64,000 nucleotides of DNA, taken from Mobula hypostoma (Eukaryota). The DNA is taken from positions 200,386,001 to 200,450,000 of the forward strand of contig NC_086097.1 of the NCBI RefSeq assembly GCF_963921235.1. The letters are read 5' to 3'. The translations under genes and the position numbers were made by a program. The notes under the pieces were generated by a model. It saw nothing but the letters and a program-made list of their open reading frames with translations, made no database searches and was not told where the DNA came from. This document shows positions 63,087-64,000 of the stretch, in pieces (positions within the stretch are counted from its first letter, which is position 1; each line of letters opens with the position of its first letter).

Positions 63087-64000
63087 AAACATAGAAATAT
63101 GGAAAATAGGTGCAGGAGTAGGCCATTTGGCCCTTCGAGCCTGCACCGCCTTTCAGCATGATCATGGCCGATCATCCAACTCAGAACCCTGTACCAGCCT
63201 TCCCTCCATACCCCCGATCCCTTTAGCCACAAGGGCCATATCTAACTCCCTCTTAAATATAGCCAATAAACTGGCCTCAATTGTTTCCTGTGGCAGAGAA
63301 TTCCAAAGATTCACCACTCTCTGTGTGAAGAAGTTTTTCTTCATCTCGATCCTAAAAGGCTTCCCCTTTATCCTTAAACTATAACCCCTCGTTCTGGACT
63401 TCCCCAACATCGGGAATAAACTTCCTGCATCTAACCTGTCCAATCCCTTTAGGATTTTATACATTTCAATAAGATCCCCCCTCAATCTTCTAAATTGCAG
63501 CGAGTATAAGCCTAGTTGATCCAGTCTTTCATCATATGAACGTCCTGCCCATCCCAGGAATCAATCTGGTGAACCTTCTTTGTACTCCCTCTATGGCAAG
63601 GATGTCTTTCCTCAGATTAGGGGACCAAAACTGCACACAATACTCCAGGTGTGGTCTCACCAAGGCCCTGTACAACTGCAGTAGTACCTCCCTGCTCCTG
63701 TACTCGAATCCTCTTGCTATAAATGCCAGCATACCATTCGCCTTTTTCACCGCCTGCTGTACCTGCATGCCCACTTTCAATGACTGGTGTATAATGACAC
63801 CCAGGTCTCGTTGCACCTCTCCTTTTCCTAATCGGCCACCGTTCAGATAATAATCTGTTTTCCTGTTCTTGCCACCAAAGTGGATAACCTCACATTTATC
63901 AACATTAAATTGCATCTGCCATGAATTTGCCTACTCACCTAACCTATCCAAGTCACCCTACATCCTCTTAGCATCCTCCTCACAGCTAACACTGCTGCCC
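63087..64000 (-). mobile_element. Young CR1 3' fragment (runs off the window end)
   Basis: ORFs 63532-63915 and 63162-63485 carry CR1 RT C-terminal motifs; tail at the left end. Confidence 0.92.

Noticed and set aside
1..64000. CRISPR array, retron or other prokaryotic RT/defence system
   Set aside because: All RT fragments belong to eukaryotic retrotransposon clades; there is no regularly spaced repeat array and no operon structure.

Overview
Eukaryotic (vertebrate) genomic DNA, most likely from a cartilaginous fish. This is inferred from the repeat landscape of CR1 LINEs, V-domain SINEs, Neptune-type Penelope elements and Rex1/Babar. The only host coding sequence I can support is the first coding exon of a KCNQ3 (Kv7.3, M-channel) gene on the minus strand (49261-48948). 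Bases 1-48947 are therefore read as its very large first intron, and 49262-64000 as 5' UTR, promoter and upstream region. Most of the remainder is decayed and often nested transposable elements: CR1, Rex1/Babar, RTE, R4/Dong, an I/Nimb LINE with RNase H, Penelope, Tc1, a KIAA1586-like hAT, MITEs, solo LTRs and SINEs. The main things worth follow-up are: (i) minimal hammerhead-ribozyme motifs in the Penelope copies; (ii) a four-layer nest (CR1 > hAT > solo LTR > Nimb LINE + CR1) 2-9 kb upstream of KCNQ3, partly resolved by target-site duplications (TSDs); (iii) a palindrome with 100-bp arms at 97% identity, about 2.2 kb upstream of the start codon; (iv) an overlapping upstream ORF (uORF) and an ERPRGW>ERPGGW substitution in KCNQ3; (v) a Rex1/CR1 chimera with twin-priming-like geometry; (vi) two short RTE-type non-autonomous retroelements. 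I found no intact autonomous element and no prokaryote-type system. Boundaries without a stated TSD or terminal inverted repeat (TIR) are approximate.
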